Assembly (NCBI GenBank): GCA_029857925.1
Contig: JAOUGF010000001.1
Location: 1-29,812 of the forward strand
From: Gammaproteobacteria bacterium
GTDB lineage: Bacteria > Pseudomonadota > Gammaproteobacteria > S012-40
Direction of reading: 5' to 3'
DNA: 29,812 nucleotides
Part shown: in pieces, positions 9,306 through 19,094 of the stretch
Layout: the number at the start of each line of letters is the position of its first letter
Position numbering within the stretch: position 1 is the first letter of the stretch
Position numbers and translations under genes: made by a program
The notes under the pieces: generated by a model
The model's input: the letters and a program-made list of their open reading frames with translations, nothing else
The model's database searches: none
Told to the model about the DNA's origin: nothing

Positions 9306-11942
9306 CTACTCAAAAAGGTAGGAAAAATCACCGTCTGAACCCACGCCTAGAGTTAAGCTGGAAGCTTGCGTGCCCGCGTTAATCTGCTGCAGGATTTCAG
9401 TCGACAACCTAGGTAACAAATGTTTATTGACGATATGATCAATATTTCGCGCGCCGGTTTCAACCTCTGTACATCGCATTACAATTTTGTCTACGACATC
9501 GCCTGAATAAGTCATTTCTATTTTTTGGCTACCGGCCAATCGTTTAACAACTTTATCCAACTTTAACTTAACAATATCCCCCATCACGCTGCTGTCTATC
9601 GGATAAAACGGCACAATCTCCATGCGCGCCAACAGAGCGGGTTTAAAATGTCTGCTCAAAACAGGGCGGATATGTTGGCTAAGTGCTTCCGTATCAATGC
9701 GTTTACTATCCGCACAGTAATGCATAATTTCGTCCGTTGCCAAATTGCTGGTTAAAATAATGACCGTATTTCTGAAATCAACAACGCGACCTTCGCTATC
9801 CGACAAGGTGCCTTTATCAAAAACCTGATAAAAAAGATTCATCACCTCTAGATCCGCTTTTTCCACCTCGTCCAGCAGTACCACTGAATACGGGCGTTGA
9901 CGCACCGCTTCGGTGAGAATACCACCTTCTCCATACCCCACATAGCCCGGCGGTGAACCGATTAGGCGTGAAACTGTATGTTTCTCTTGAAATTCAGACA
10001 TATTGATTGTGACTACAAAACGTTCACCACCAAACAACAAATCCGCAACACCTAACGCACATTCCGTTTTGCCGACCCCGCTGGGACCCACAAACAAAAA
10101 CACCCCAATCGGACTATTTGGATTATTCAACCCCGCCTTGGCCGCTTGGACACCGCGTTCTATTGCACCCACCGCCTGGTCTTGTCCCTTGATACGCGTA
10201 CGCAGACGATCTCCCATCCTGAGCAGTGTCTCTGCCTCATCTTTGACCATATCTCCTACGGGAATACCCGTCCAATCCGCAACCACCTTTGCGACCACGT
10301 CAGCGGTAACTTCATAATCTATTAACGGACGACCATTGGACTGCTTCAACAACTGTCGTTCAATTTCGTTCAACTCTTGCTCTAACTGTGAGGTTTCGCC
10401 GTCACCTTCCGCGCTAGCAAGTTTTCGCTTGGCAATTTCACCGCGATGTTTTGTAATAATCGCGACCAGCGCCCGTTCTGCCTCCCAACGAGCCGTGAGT
10501 TCCGCGATTTTATCTTTTTGCGTGGAAATCATTGCAGTTAGCGTGTAAAAGTCTTCGTCTTTCTTTTTAAGACCTGTGGCTATATCGCGCTCAACGGCGG
10601 AACGTTGTCGTTCCATTGCGGCGACGCTACGTTCTAAGTCATCAAGAGTATCAGGTTTAGCGGATAAACTTATTTTAACGCGAGCGCACGCCGTGTCGAG
10701 TAAATCCACCGATTTATCAGGTAGTTGTCTACCGCTGATATAGCGTGCGGATAATTGTGACGATGCAACTACCGCCTCATCACGCACATAAATCCCATGT
10801 GCCTGTTCATATTTTTCTCTCAAACCGCGCATTATCAGGATGGCATCATCCACCGACGGTTCTTCAACTTTTACAACTTGAAATCTTCTTGCCAACGCAG
10901 CGTCTTTTTCAAAATATTTCTTATATTCAGACCAGGTAGTCGCTGCGATAGTGCGTAGCTCACCGCGTGCTAGCGCAGGTTTCAACAAATTGGCGGCGTC
11001 ACTTCCTCCAGCATTCCCACCCGCACCTATTAAGGTATGCGCTTCATCTATAAATAACACAAGCGGTTTGGGTGATGACTTAACTTCCGTAATTACGGAA
11101 TTTAGTCGCTGCTCAAACTCTCCTTTTACACTCGCTCCCGCCTGTAACAAGCCCAAGTCCAAGCCGTAAATTTCTACACCCTTCAAGACATCAGGCACAT
11201 CATCCTGAACGATTTTAAGCGCCAGGCCCTCGACTACCGCAGTCTTGCCAACACCCGGTTCCCCTACAACGATTGGATTGTTTTTGCGACGACGAGCCAA
11301 AATATCGACCATTTGTCGTATTTCTTTGTCTCGACCAAATACGGGATCTATTCTGCCTAAGCGCGCCTGTTCCGTAAAGTTGTTCGCGTATTTTTTCAAT
11401 GCAGTTAGGTCACCACTTCCAGCTGAAGTAGCGGTCGCTGGTACGCCTTCCGAAAATGTGCTTGTGACTTCGTTTGAATGTGCAACGATAGCATGAAACT
11501 GTGTCTTCAATGTTTCCACAGAAACAGGTTCTAAGTCCGCATAATAATCGTCTAAAATATATCGATTCTTTCTAGACAACATCGCCAGCAATATGGCGCC
11601 AGAGCGAATTTGCGCAGACTTAAGTTCCAACGAAGAAACTAACCACGCGTCTTCCAGTAACTCAATCAATAGCGTTGCAAAAACAGGCTTCCGAGTATTA
11701 CCCGCCTTTGCGGACTCTACAACGCGCATAAGTCGTGACTGTAAGCGCTCTATCTCAATGCCAAAATGCCTTAAAATAAAATGTACGTCGCTTTGAGTGT
11801 CTTCAAGCGCCTTAAGCAAAAAATGTTCGGTGGTGATCTCATAGTTTCCGCGTCCCACGCAAAGGCCGGCGGCACCTTCTAACGTACGTTTACAAAACGA
11901 GTCCAATCGCTCAATTAGGGTTTTGAGATCTACACCTATCAT
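9306..11942 (-). CDS. tssH: T6SS AAA+ ATPase ClpV/TssH
   Basis: N-terminal DLKTLIERL...[18 protein letters not shown]; [15 protein letters not shown] and [16 protein letters not shown] modules; [18 protein letters not shown]. The ATG at 11942 follows GGAGG and is preferred over 11990. Confidence 0.96.
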   Translation of the reverse strand: MIGVDLKTLIERLDSFCKRTLEGAAGLCVGRGNYEITTEHFLLKALEDTQSDVHFILRHFGIEIERLQSRLMRVVESAKAGNTRKPVFATLLIELLEDAWLVSSLELKSAQIRSGAILLAMLSRKNRYILDDYYADLEPVSVETLKTQFHAIVAHSNEVTSTFSEGVPATATSAGSGDLTALKKYANNFTEQARLGRIDPVFGRDKEIRQMVDILARRRKNNPIVVGEPGVGKTAVVEGLALKIVQDDVPDVLKGVEIYGLDLGLLQAGASVKGEFEQRLNSVITEVKSSPKPLVLFIDEAHTLIGAGGNAGGSDAANLLKPALARGELRTIAATTWSEYKKYFEKDAALARRFQVVKVEEPSVDDAILIMRGLREKYEQAHGIYVRDEAVVASSQLSARYISGRQLPDKSVDLLDTACARVKISLSAKPDTLDDLERSVAAMERQRSAVERDIATGLKKKDEDFYTLTAMISTQKDKIAELTARWEAERALVAIITKHRGEIAKRKLASAEGDGETSQLEQELNEIERQLLKQSNGRPLIDYEVTADVVAKVVADWTGIPVGDMVKDEAETLLRMGDRLRTRIKGQDQAVGAIERGVQAAKAGLNNPNSPIGVFLFVGPSGVGKTECALGVADLLFGGERFVVTINMSEFQEKHTVSRLIGSPPGYVGYGEGGILTEAVRQRPYSVVLLDEVEKADLEVMNLFYQVFDKGTLSDSEGRVVDFRNTVIILTSNLATDEIMHYCADSKRIDTEALSQHIRPVLSRHFKPALLARMEIVPFYPIDSSVMGDIVKLKLDKVVKRLAGSQKIEMTYSGDVVDKIVMRCTEVETGARNIDHIVNKHLLPRLSTEILQQINAGTQASSLTLGVGSDGDFSYLFE

Positions 11943-12162
11943 ACTAAAACCTCCAGTTATAAAGTTATTTACTAAAGGGCTCTTCAACAATTTGCTGAAA
12001 AGCGCAACGCGTCGTTGAAAAGACGCTCAAAGGCAGGGCCGCGTAACGGAAGTCTGCGTGCAAACCCTAGCTTCTCGACCCTTTTCTGCTAGCTCACCTT
12101 CCTCTGATCGAATTAATAGAGGTAGCCTAAACAAGGATTGCTATCAAGCCTCGCTGATAAGC

Positions 12163-13179
12163 TTATGCCTGTAAAATCTCTATGTAATTTGCGCGGGACC
12201 TACCTAACCAAGTCGCCCAACCAAGACCAACTGTGCTGTTCCGTGACAATTGTACTCTTGGCACCTGCGTAGCATCGACTTTGATACTGACAGAATACGA
12301 CATAGTTTCCGTCATCATCAAACTTACCAACTCTCTTAGTGCTCGGTAGTTTTTACCTGTTGGCAGGAATTCCAGATATCGATCATACGAAAGAGGTCCA
12401 ATATGTAGTAGAAAAGAGCCCGCAGCATCAATCGCGCTGCTGCCCAAGAATGCATCCTGACCTAACCATGCGTTGGTCTTGCCTAAACTATTCCACTGTG
12501 AATGATCAATATTCACGCGTTGACAGATAAATTGTTCCACAGTTACAGGAACTTCGTTAAAATACCTAGATACGACTGTTTCCATAGTCGCGGCATTCGC
12601 AACTCTGCGCCCCAACATACCAGACAAGGGAATCAACCGCTGCCAATCCAAATCCTTAGAGTTCCTTTGCGCTTTTCTTCCCAAGCCAATCAGGCTAAAT
12701 AGGTACTTGGATAATTCATCTTCAGCGGAATTCTGAAACTGGGTAAAATAACGGTATTTTTTCCACAATGCGAACAACAACGAGGCAAAGCGATGATTAA
12801 ATATGTCCAAAAAATGGCGCGCTACGCGCTCATCAAATTCTCTTTCAAGAATTTCTTCTGTGTAATATGTAGGTAGCGGAGAACTTACACCGTACATGGA
12901 CATAAAATTCAACATCATTCGTACTTGCGGCAATTCACCAGACGACGAATCCACCCAACGAGCGGACTCGATTTCACTTTTCATAAACCCTAGGCTAAGA
13001 TTACCTTCAAACAAGACTGGTTCTCTGCCAATAGGCCCAGTTGTACCCAGCGGCACACAGCCATTCTGCAACCTAGACAATTGCCAAACAGCCTGATAAA
13101 ACTCATAACGCGCCGCGTCATGAATTAGCGGGTGATCTTTATTTAAATCAATGTCTGACTGCCGGCCTTCGGTCGCCAT
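12163..13179 (-). CDS. tssG: T6SS baseplate subunit TssG
   Basis: FMSMYGVSSPLPTYYTE, FLDIFNHR, FLPTG and LGWATWLG motifs; follows tssF with a 37-bp overlap. Confidence 0.93.
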   Translation of the reverse strand: MATEGRQSDIDLNKDHPLIHDAARYEFYQAVWQLSRLQNGCVPLGTTGPIGREPVLFEGNLSLGFMKSEIESARWVDSSSGELPQVRMMLNFMSMYGVSSPLPTYYTEEILEREFDERVARHFLDIFNHRFASLLFALWKKYRYFTQFQNSAEDELSKYLFSLIGLGRKAQRNSKDLDWQRLIPLSGMLGRRVANAATMETVVSRYFNEVPVTVEQFICQRVNIDHSQWNSLGKTNAWLGQDAFLGSSAIDAAGSFLLHIGPLSYDRYLEFLPTGKNYRALRELVSLMMTETMSYSVSIKVDATQVPRVQLSRNSTVGLGWATWLGRSRANYIEILQA

Positions 13180-14891
13180 GTGTATTCCTCGCCGCTGTCC
13201 GTGTCGTACACTTCCAGTTGATTGAATGAATTAAGCGCCACATACACGCCAAGATATTCCGCAAGCACAGTCGCAAACAAGAACATTTCTCCGCTGCCGC
13301 CAAATTTTGTATTTTGCATCTCAATTTTAGTTCGCATGCCACGTACAGGCATACCTCGGCGCATAATGACTGCTTGATTAGAAACTACTTTTTTAATACC
13401 TGACAACCTCAATTCCCCCGCACGCGCTGATTGAGCATGATAATGCGCAGGAGTATTGTAAAGTGAAATTACGCTGCAAAGTGTATCAACATCCACCATT
13501 GAGGTGTAATTAGGCGCCATATTTGAGATTAGCAACCACAGCATATCTTTTCCTAAAGGCGGCGGATAACTTGCGGTGGCAGGAATAACATTCTCGAACG
13601 TCGCATACTGTGGTGAACCGTCCACTCCGACACATACATCACCTTCACGCAACATCTGAGGCAAATTACCATTTGTACAGAGCAACTCTACGGATATAAC
13701 TTCCTTTTCCACGTCCAAAGACGCATCCGGTGGATATAAAAAACTCAAGCTAGTTTCAATGGATTTATCTTTGATGGAGGATTTCCGATGAATTTCATAA
13801 AAATATTCGTTATCGCGTCCCTCTCTATCAAAGGAGATAAACGGTCGATAAAACCTGCGCTCTTTAGTGCCCTGTGTCCACCCACTTACGCTGTTTACTT
13901 CAAATATCTCATATCGACCGGATTCATTATCATCGGCCCTCAACTTATAAGCTATGCGCTCTCGATCCAAACGAATTGGTTCCGCATCCTTTTTAAACAA
14001 ATTTATAATTGGCGTGCAATGTAGCTGGAAATTATGGACACCGACTCTAACAATGTTTGAAAACGGGCGCGAAAAGTGAAATGCCAATTTAAATGACTTG
14101 CTTCCTGGCATTCGCCGTGCGACATCACCCAATTGCACCACATCTATGAACATAAATTTCTGCGGCAATGTAAAATATTCTTGCCACAATCTATATCCAG
14201 CGTTCGCCGCTGAACGGTAAGGAATCACCTCCTCATCCGAAGAAAAACCTACAGGTTGAACATGCTGCGGTGTGAGTTCCTCTACACCGCCTTCACCGCC
14301 ATAAACCTTTACTCGATCCAAGTATTGAAAAAACCAAAGATACATTGTGGAAGATAGGCTGGATTCTGCATTCAAAAATAAACGCAACGAATCCAGCTCT
14401 ATGGTATCCCATGTCATTTCGCCATTAACGCCAAAAGTAAGCTCTAAAATAGAACTATTCCCTATACTTTTTAAATCGACATGTTTTACTTCCAAGGGCA
14501 ATAGTGCTACATCATAGCAGGTGCGAAACAAAGCTGAGACGCCCTGTACCATGGTAGAACCGACTGGCGTGCCTCTCTGTATTTTCTTGCACGTAGTAAT
14601 TGTTGAATCACTCTTAGGTGAAAACTTCAAAATACTAGTGCTGGGCAAAGGGCGAAGATAGTGGGGCCAAAGCAGCTGCATAAGACCTTGGCTAAGTTCC
14701 GGCAGATCGTCATCAATTTTTTGACGAAGCTTTGCAGCAAAAAAAGCAAAACCCTCCAATAACCGTTCTACGTCAGGATCATTGCCTTTTCGGGACAAAA
14801 ACGGCGCCAGTTTTGGGTATTCACGTGAAAACTCATTTCCAGTCTCACGTAGATAAGCCAATTCTTCTTGAAAATATCTTTGAAATTCCAT
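13143..14891 (-). CDS. tssF: T6SS baseplate subunit TssF
   Basis: YFQEELAYLRE, DPDVERLLEGFAF, LWPHYLRPLPS, QEYFTLPQKFMF, LHCTPIINLF and LNSFNQL. Confidence 0.95.
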   Translation of the reverse strand: MEFQRYFQEELAYLRETGNEFSREYPKLAPFLSRKGNDPDVERLLEGFAFFAAKLRQKIDDDLPELSQGLMQLLWPHYLRPLPSTSILKFSPKSDSTITTCKKIQRGTPVGSTMVQGVSALFRTCYDVALLPLEVKHVDLKSIGNSSILELTFGVNGEMTWDTIELDSLRLFLNAESSLSSTMYLWFFQYLDRVKVYGGEGGVEELTPQHVQPVGFSSDEEVIPYRSAANAGYRLWQEYFTLPQKFMFIDVVQLGDVARRMPGSKSFKLAFHFSRPFSNIVRVGVHNFQLHCTPIINLFKKDAEPIRLDRERIAYKLRADDNESGRYEIFEVNSVSGWTQGTKERRFYRPFISFDREGRDNEYFYEIHRKSSIKDKSIETSLSFLYPPDASLDVEKEVISVELLCTNGNLPQMLREGDVCVGVDGSPQYATFENVIPATASYPPPLGKDMLWLLISNMAPNYTSMVDVDTLCSVISLYNTPAHYHAQSARAGELRLSGIKKVVSNQAVIMRRGMPVRGMRTKIEMQNTKFGGSGEMFLFATVLAEYLGVYVALNSFNQLEVYDTDSGEEYTWRPKAGSQTLI

Positions 14892-14892
14892 A

Positions 14893-15306
14893 CTAGCCTC
14901 TGACCGAAACCTTACCCATAGAATTTAAGGTCGTCTCAAACCAAATGTCGGATTTCTCATTATCCAACATTAAGGTGGCGGATATTTCGTACCGCAATGC
15001 CAACGGATTCGCCTTATCCGCGATATGCCCAACATGTATCTGTGAGAGGCGCGGCTCATATTTTTCCAAACAAAATTTAATTTCCTTTTTTAACTCTTGT
15101 ATTGCATCTGGAAAACGTGAAACCATATCGTTAAAATCCGGAAGACCGTAATCTGGTTGCGTAGGTACACTTCCGCGCCGTGTGTTTAACATCTGCATCA
15201 AATGGCGCAACACAGAGCGCGCGACACGAGTCTTATCGACAACCGTCGTCGCATCGCGCACATCGGCATTGTTTAGCCTTTCAAAAAAGCTGCGGTTGTA
15301 TGCCAT
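14893..15306 (-). CDS. tssE: T6SS baseplate subunit TssE (gp25-like)
   Basis: LMQMLNTRRG, DYGLPDF and YEPRL motifs; 137 aa between tssC and tssF. Confidence 0.92.
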   Translation of the reverse strand: MAYNRSFFERLNNADVRDATTVVDKTRVARSVLRHLMQMLNTRRGSVPTQPDYGLPDFNDMVSRFPDAIQELKKEIKFCLEKYEPRLSQIHVGHIADKANPLALRYEISATLMLDNEKSDIWFETTLNSMGKVSVRG

Positions 15307-15326
15307 AAATCAACGCCCAGGTTATT

Positions 15327-16814
15327 CTATTCTGCACCTTCCAATTTTCCTTTTAAACTAAGTGTGAAACTAGCACCCATATACTTAAAATGAGGTACCA
15401 CATTAATCGCTGCAGTGTACCAACCTGGATGTCCTTTAATATCTTCAACCGCTATTTGAGCTTTTCTAAGTGGGCGACGGCTGCGTACCGCCGGCGACGG
15501 ATTCTCTTGATCTGAAACATATTGTCGTATCCATTCATTGAGTTCTCGCTGTAAATCATTTTTATTTTTCCAACTCCCAAGATTCTCCCTTTGAATCACT
15601 TTGATATAATGAGCCAGCCGCGTAATGATAAACATATAGGGCAATTGAGTAGCAAGCCTATAGTTTGTTTCTGTCTCTTTTCCTTCCGGGGTATTGCCGA
15701 ACACTTTCGGTTTTTGTACTGAATTGGAAGAGAAAAACGCCGCATTATCCGAACCTTTACGCATCGTCAACGGAATAAAACCTTCTTCTGCAAGTTCATA
15801 TTCCCGTCGATCTGATACCAAAACTTCAGTAGGAATTTTACTTGCGATCTCCCCCATTGCTTCAAACGTATGCACCGGTAAATCCACCACCGCGCCACCG
15901 CTTTGAGGACCGACGATGTTCGGACACCATCTATATTTTGCGAAACTTTCGGTTAATCGTGTCGCATAAGTAAATGCAGTATTGCCCCACAAATAATCTG
16001 CATGGGACTTATGTACGTTTTCCCGATAATCAAACTCTTTTACCGGGTTACTTTCTTTACCATAGGGGACTCTCAACAAAAATCTCGGCATGGTCAAACC
16101 GACATATCGAGCATCTTCACTTTCGCGAAAACCGTTCCACTTCGCGTATACCGGTGATTCAAATAGCGATTTCATATCTTTCAAATCCGGCAGCTTCTGG
16201 TAGTCGTTCAGACCGAAGAATTGCGGACCTGCAGCACTGATAAATGGTGTGTGAGCCATTGCGGCCACGCTAGAAACATAGCGTAAAAGCTTCATATCCT
16301 GCGCGCCTGGCGTAAATTCATAGTTACCAATTATGGTACCCGTCGGTTCGCCACCAAACTGGCCATACCCAGCAGTATAAACATGCTTATACAAACCGGT
16401 TTTAGTGATATCCGGATAGTCTTCAAAATCATTCAAAAGATCATCTTTGGATACGGATACGATTTCGAATTTTATATTTTCACGAAAATCAGTACGGTCG
16501 ACCGCCAGGCGCAATCCTCTCCAGGCTGATTCCAGTTTTTGAAAATCAGAATGGTGCATCACTTCATCTAACTGAAGGCTGATCTTTTCATCAATATTGG
16601 CGATGAGCTGGTCGATAAGCGCCTTATCCACACGCTCGATTGATTGTTGACCTTTGGTAATTTCTCCCAAAAGAATCTCAACACCCCGCTTAGCGATGTC
16701 ATAGCCTTCTTCTGCGGGATTCAATTTGGTTTCATGCATAATCTCGTCAAGTAGAGATACGTCGCTTTCTTCCGTCAGCGCGGCATTCGCCCGTTTAACT
16801 TCTGTATCACTCAT
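15327..16814 (-). CDS. tssC: T6SS contractile sheath large subunit TssC (VipB)
   Basis: FQKLESAWRGL, YGQFGGEP, AAMAHTPF, YLWGN, WCPNIVGPQSGG, QLPYMF and PHFKYMG. Confidence 0.97.
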   Translation of the reverse strand: MSDTEVKRANAALTEESDVSLLDEIMHETKLNPAEEGYDIAKRGVEILLGEITKGQQSIERVDKALIDQLIANIDEKISLQLDEVMHHSDFQKLESAWRGLRLAVDRTDFRENIKFEIVSVSKDDLLNDFEDYPDITKTGLYKHVYTAGYGQFGGEPTGTIIGNYEFTPGAQDMKLLRYVSSVAAMAHTPFISAAGPQFFGLNDYQKLPDLKDMKSLFESPVYAKWNGFRESEDARYVGLTMPRFLLRVPYGKESNPVKEFDYRENVHKSHADYLWGNTAFTYATRLTESFAKYRWCPNIVGPQSGGAVVDLPVHTFEAMGEIASKIPTEVLVSDRREYELAEEGFIPLTMRKGSDNAAFFSSNSVQKPKVFGNTPEGKETETNYRLATQLPYMFIITRLAHYIKVIQRENLGSWKNKNDLQRELNEWIRQYVSDQENPSPAVRSRRPLRKAQIAVEDIKGHPGWYTAAINVVPHFKYMGASFTLSLKGKLEGAE

Positions 16815-16856
16815 AAAGCGCTCCTAAACTGCGATGTATATTAAATAAACGATTTT

Positions 16857-17345
16857 TCACTTGCCTTCTATCTTCAGCTCGCTCATTAACTTGGCCCTTG
16901 CATTTTCATCGCCGATCATATCTTGCAATTTACGCCGAAATGCGGGCACATTTCCCAAAGGACCTTTTAATGCAACCAAGGCCTGACGCAATTCCAACAA
17001 CTTTGCAGTTTCCGGGATTTGATGCGCGACGCTTTCTGGCCCAAAATCATTCATAGATTCGAATTTAATGCTTGCTGAAAGTTCATCACCTTCTACACCG
17101 GAAACCTTGTTAGGCACCGAAAGGTTTACACTCAATGACATGTTTTTTAAAACGTCATTAAAATTTTCTTTATTGATGTCAATCGGTTTGCGGTCTTCCA
17201 ACGGACGATCATCCTGGCGCCCGGTAAAGTCGCCGACATATAACATTTTGAACGGCAACTCTACATCTTGCTGCGCGCCGTCCGCTCCCGATTTATATGA
17301 TATATTGATGCGTTCTTTTGGGGCCACTGAGCTATCACCTGCCAT
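16857..17345 (-). CDS. tssB: T6SS contractile sheath small subunit TssB (VipA)
   Basis: SVAPKERINI, ELPFKMLYVGDF, FGPESVAHQIPE and LKGPLGNVPAFR, the Vibrio/H2-type (i1) signature. Confidence 0.96.
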   Translation of the reverse strand: MAGDSSVAPKERINISYKSGADGAQQDVELPFKMLYVGDFTGRQDDRPLEDRKPIDINKENFNDVLKNMSLSVNLSVPNKVSGVEGDELSASIKFESMNDFGPESVAHQIPETAKLLELRQALVALKGPLGNVPAFRRKLQDMIGDENARAKLMSELKIEGK

Positions 17346-17380
17346 AAATTTTCTCCCATAGTTGCGGTGTGATACCGCGG

Positions 17381-19084
17381 TTAGACTTCATACGCCAAAT
17401 CAACCAATTTTTTAAAAGACGCCCTGTCATTCATTTCCATCGCGCAAGCCAAGTCTAGACGACAAAGACGAGCATAGAATTCCTGTATTTTATCGCCCTT
17501 TTTGGTGCCGAGTTTTTTTCGTACCTCGCCAAGTCGTTCATAACACAATAACAATAACTGCAAAACATCTTTAGTAATTTCCGGTTCCCACTCGTCTAAA
17601 TGCCGCTGGGTAATTTCGACTTCCAGGGCTTCCAACTGCGGTAAAGCCAGGTCCGCCCGTTGTTGCTCTATGCACATGCGCGCCTGCTTTAATTGTAGTA
17701 AGAATTTTTGCCGCCCGGGGGCAGTACGCGCCTGGAGCGCAGAAAACTTCTGCATGCCTTCTTTAAATTTCCCCTGACTTACCAACTCCTGCACTTCTTT
17801 CAATGGGTCATCAAAATCCTGCGCGACTTGGGTTGACGCGACAGTGGCAGTAGGTAGTGCGGGCACAACGGTGGTTTTTGAGTCTCCGCCCAAGGTGGCT
17901 TTTACTTCTTGATCTAACCAGGTACGTGCTTCGCTACTGACAAAGGGTGTCTCGTCATTAAATTTAAGCTCTACGATGCCGGGGAAACGTTCGACGAATC
18001 GTCCTACCTCGCGAGCAACAAAATCCCGCGCCGCGTAACTACTCGTACCCAGGGCATGTAACGCCCGAAAACTCATTAGATGGCCATCAATCCAAAACGG
18101 TGCACGCGCAATTGAATTTTCCACTTCGATTAGCAAGTTACGGTAGTCACCGGAGGACAGATAGCTACGACTCTTAGCCAATACATCGCTTGAAACCGGA
18201 CGCAAACTGGTTACCCCGTTTTGAGCGGGTGGCGCACTGTCAATGTTTAACCAGGCTGCAATACGAATATAACGATAGGCACGTACGTCTTCAATTTTTT
18301 GAGCCAATATAACCGCAGCCGCTTGCCTCAACATGTCTTGAACATTCCGCAAAACCTTCGGTACATCTGAGGGTGTTGCGATTGACAACGCTGAGTTGCT
18401 CTTTGCGCTGACGGTGCCTGAACCGTTGGTGGATGAAGCGATGGAGGATTCATCATCTGACGCGTCGCGATGGTTTATAGGGTGGGCAGTATCATCCGTA
18501 TTCAATCCGTCTGTACGACTGGCCACGTCCTTCATGCCCGCATTCGCAGCAGCCTTTAAGAGACGTATCGAAACCGCAAAATTAGGCGCGTCGCTACCCA
18601 ATAAAGAATTTAATTTCTCACCGATCTTCTCAAGGTTCTCCACACTACGCATTGCAAAAACAGCGTCACCTTTTGGAATTTTTCGAGTACCCAATTCGCG
18701 TTCTAGTTGGCCAGCAAGCCATTGCAAGGCAGCTATTCGCCCACGTAACCTTTTCTTTTCTGGAAAAATCCCTTCCCAGTCATTTAGCAGCCAGCTTATA
18801 ACCTCCAGTCCCGAAGCCAGTCCGGCGGTACCTTCTGTGACAAACCATGCGACGCTTACATAGCATGCGATCGCTAAGTCTTTGGATTTTGAATTTAGTA
18901 TGGCACTGCCTTGTTGCGCTATAGTGCGCCACTGAACACTGTTAGGATCCAACCCCCCCAGTTTGGCAACCTCCTGTTCAACAAATTCGTATTCAGGCTC
19001 ATAACGCGCGGAGACGCCAAGCGGCGCGCCTGCCTGTGCGAATGGCTGCATGATGGCTTGTGCGGTCTCAATTGCGAGCGTCAT
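17381..19084 (-). CDS. tssA: T6SS protein TssA (ImpA N-terminal domain, VasJ-like)
   Basis: ImpA_N features: RYEPEYEFVEQEVAKL, W..I......IL..KSKDL, GLASGL and WEGIFP...RGRIAALQWL. C-terminal PFWIDG, F.DETPF and LDEWEP. Confidence 0.9.
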   Translation of the reverse strand: MTLAIETAQAIMQPFAQAGAPLGVSARYEPEYEFVEQEVAKLGGLDPNSVQWRTIAQQGSAILNSKSKDLAIACYVSVAWFVTEGTAGLASGLEVISWLLNDWEGIFPEKKRLRGRIAALQWLAGQLERELGTRKIPKGDAVFAMRSVENLEKIGEKLNSLLGSDAPNFAVSIRLLKAAANAGMKDVASRTDGLNTDDTAHPINHRDASDDESSIASSTNGSGTVSAKSNSALSIATPSDVPKVLRNVQDMLRQAAAVILAQKIEDVRAYRYIRIAAWLNIDSAPPAQNGVTSLRPVSSDVLAKSRSYLSSGDYRNLLIEVENSIARAPFWIDGHLMSFRALHALGTSSYAARDFVAREVGRFVERFPGIVELKFNDETPFVSSEARTWLDQEVKATLGGDSKTTVVPALPTATVASTQVAQDFDDPLKEVQELVSQGKFKEGMQKFSALQARTAPGRQKFLLQLKQARMCIEQQRADLALPQLEALEVEITQRHLDEWEPEITKDVLQLLLLCYERLGEVRKKLGTKKGDKIQEFYARLCRLDLACAMEMNDRASFKKLVDLAYEV

Positions 19085-19094
19085 TTTCTCTTCC

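Noticed and set aside
12055-12135. GCAAACC, GGTAGC and CCTAAAC words reminiscent of a c-di-GMP-I riboswitch
   Set aside because: They are on the non-coding strand and in the wrong order, and the GGGACGCAAAGC core is missing.
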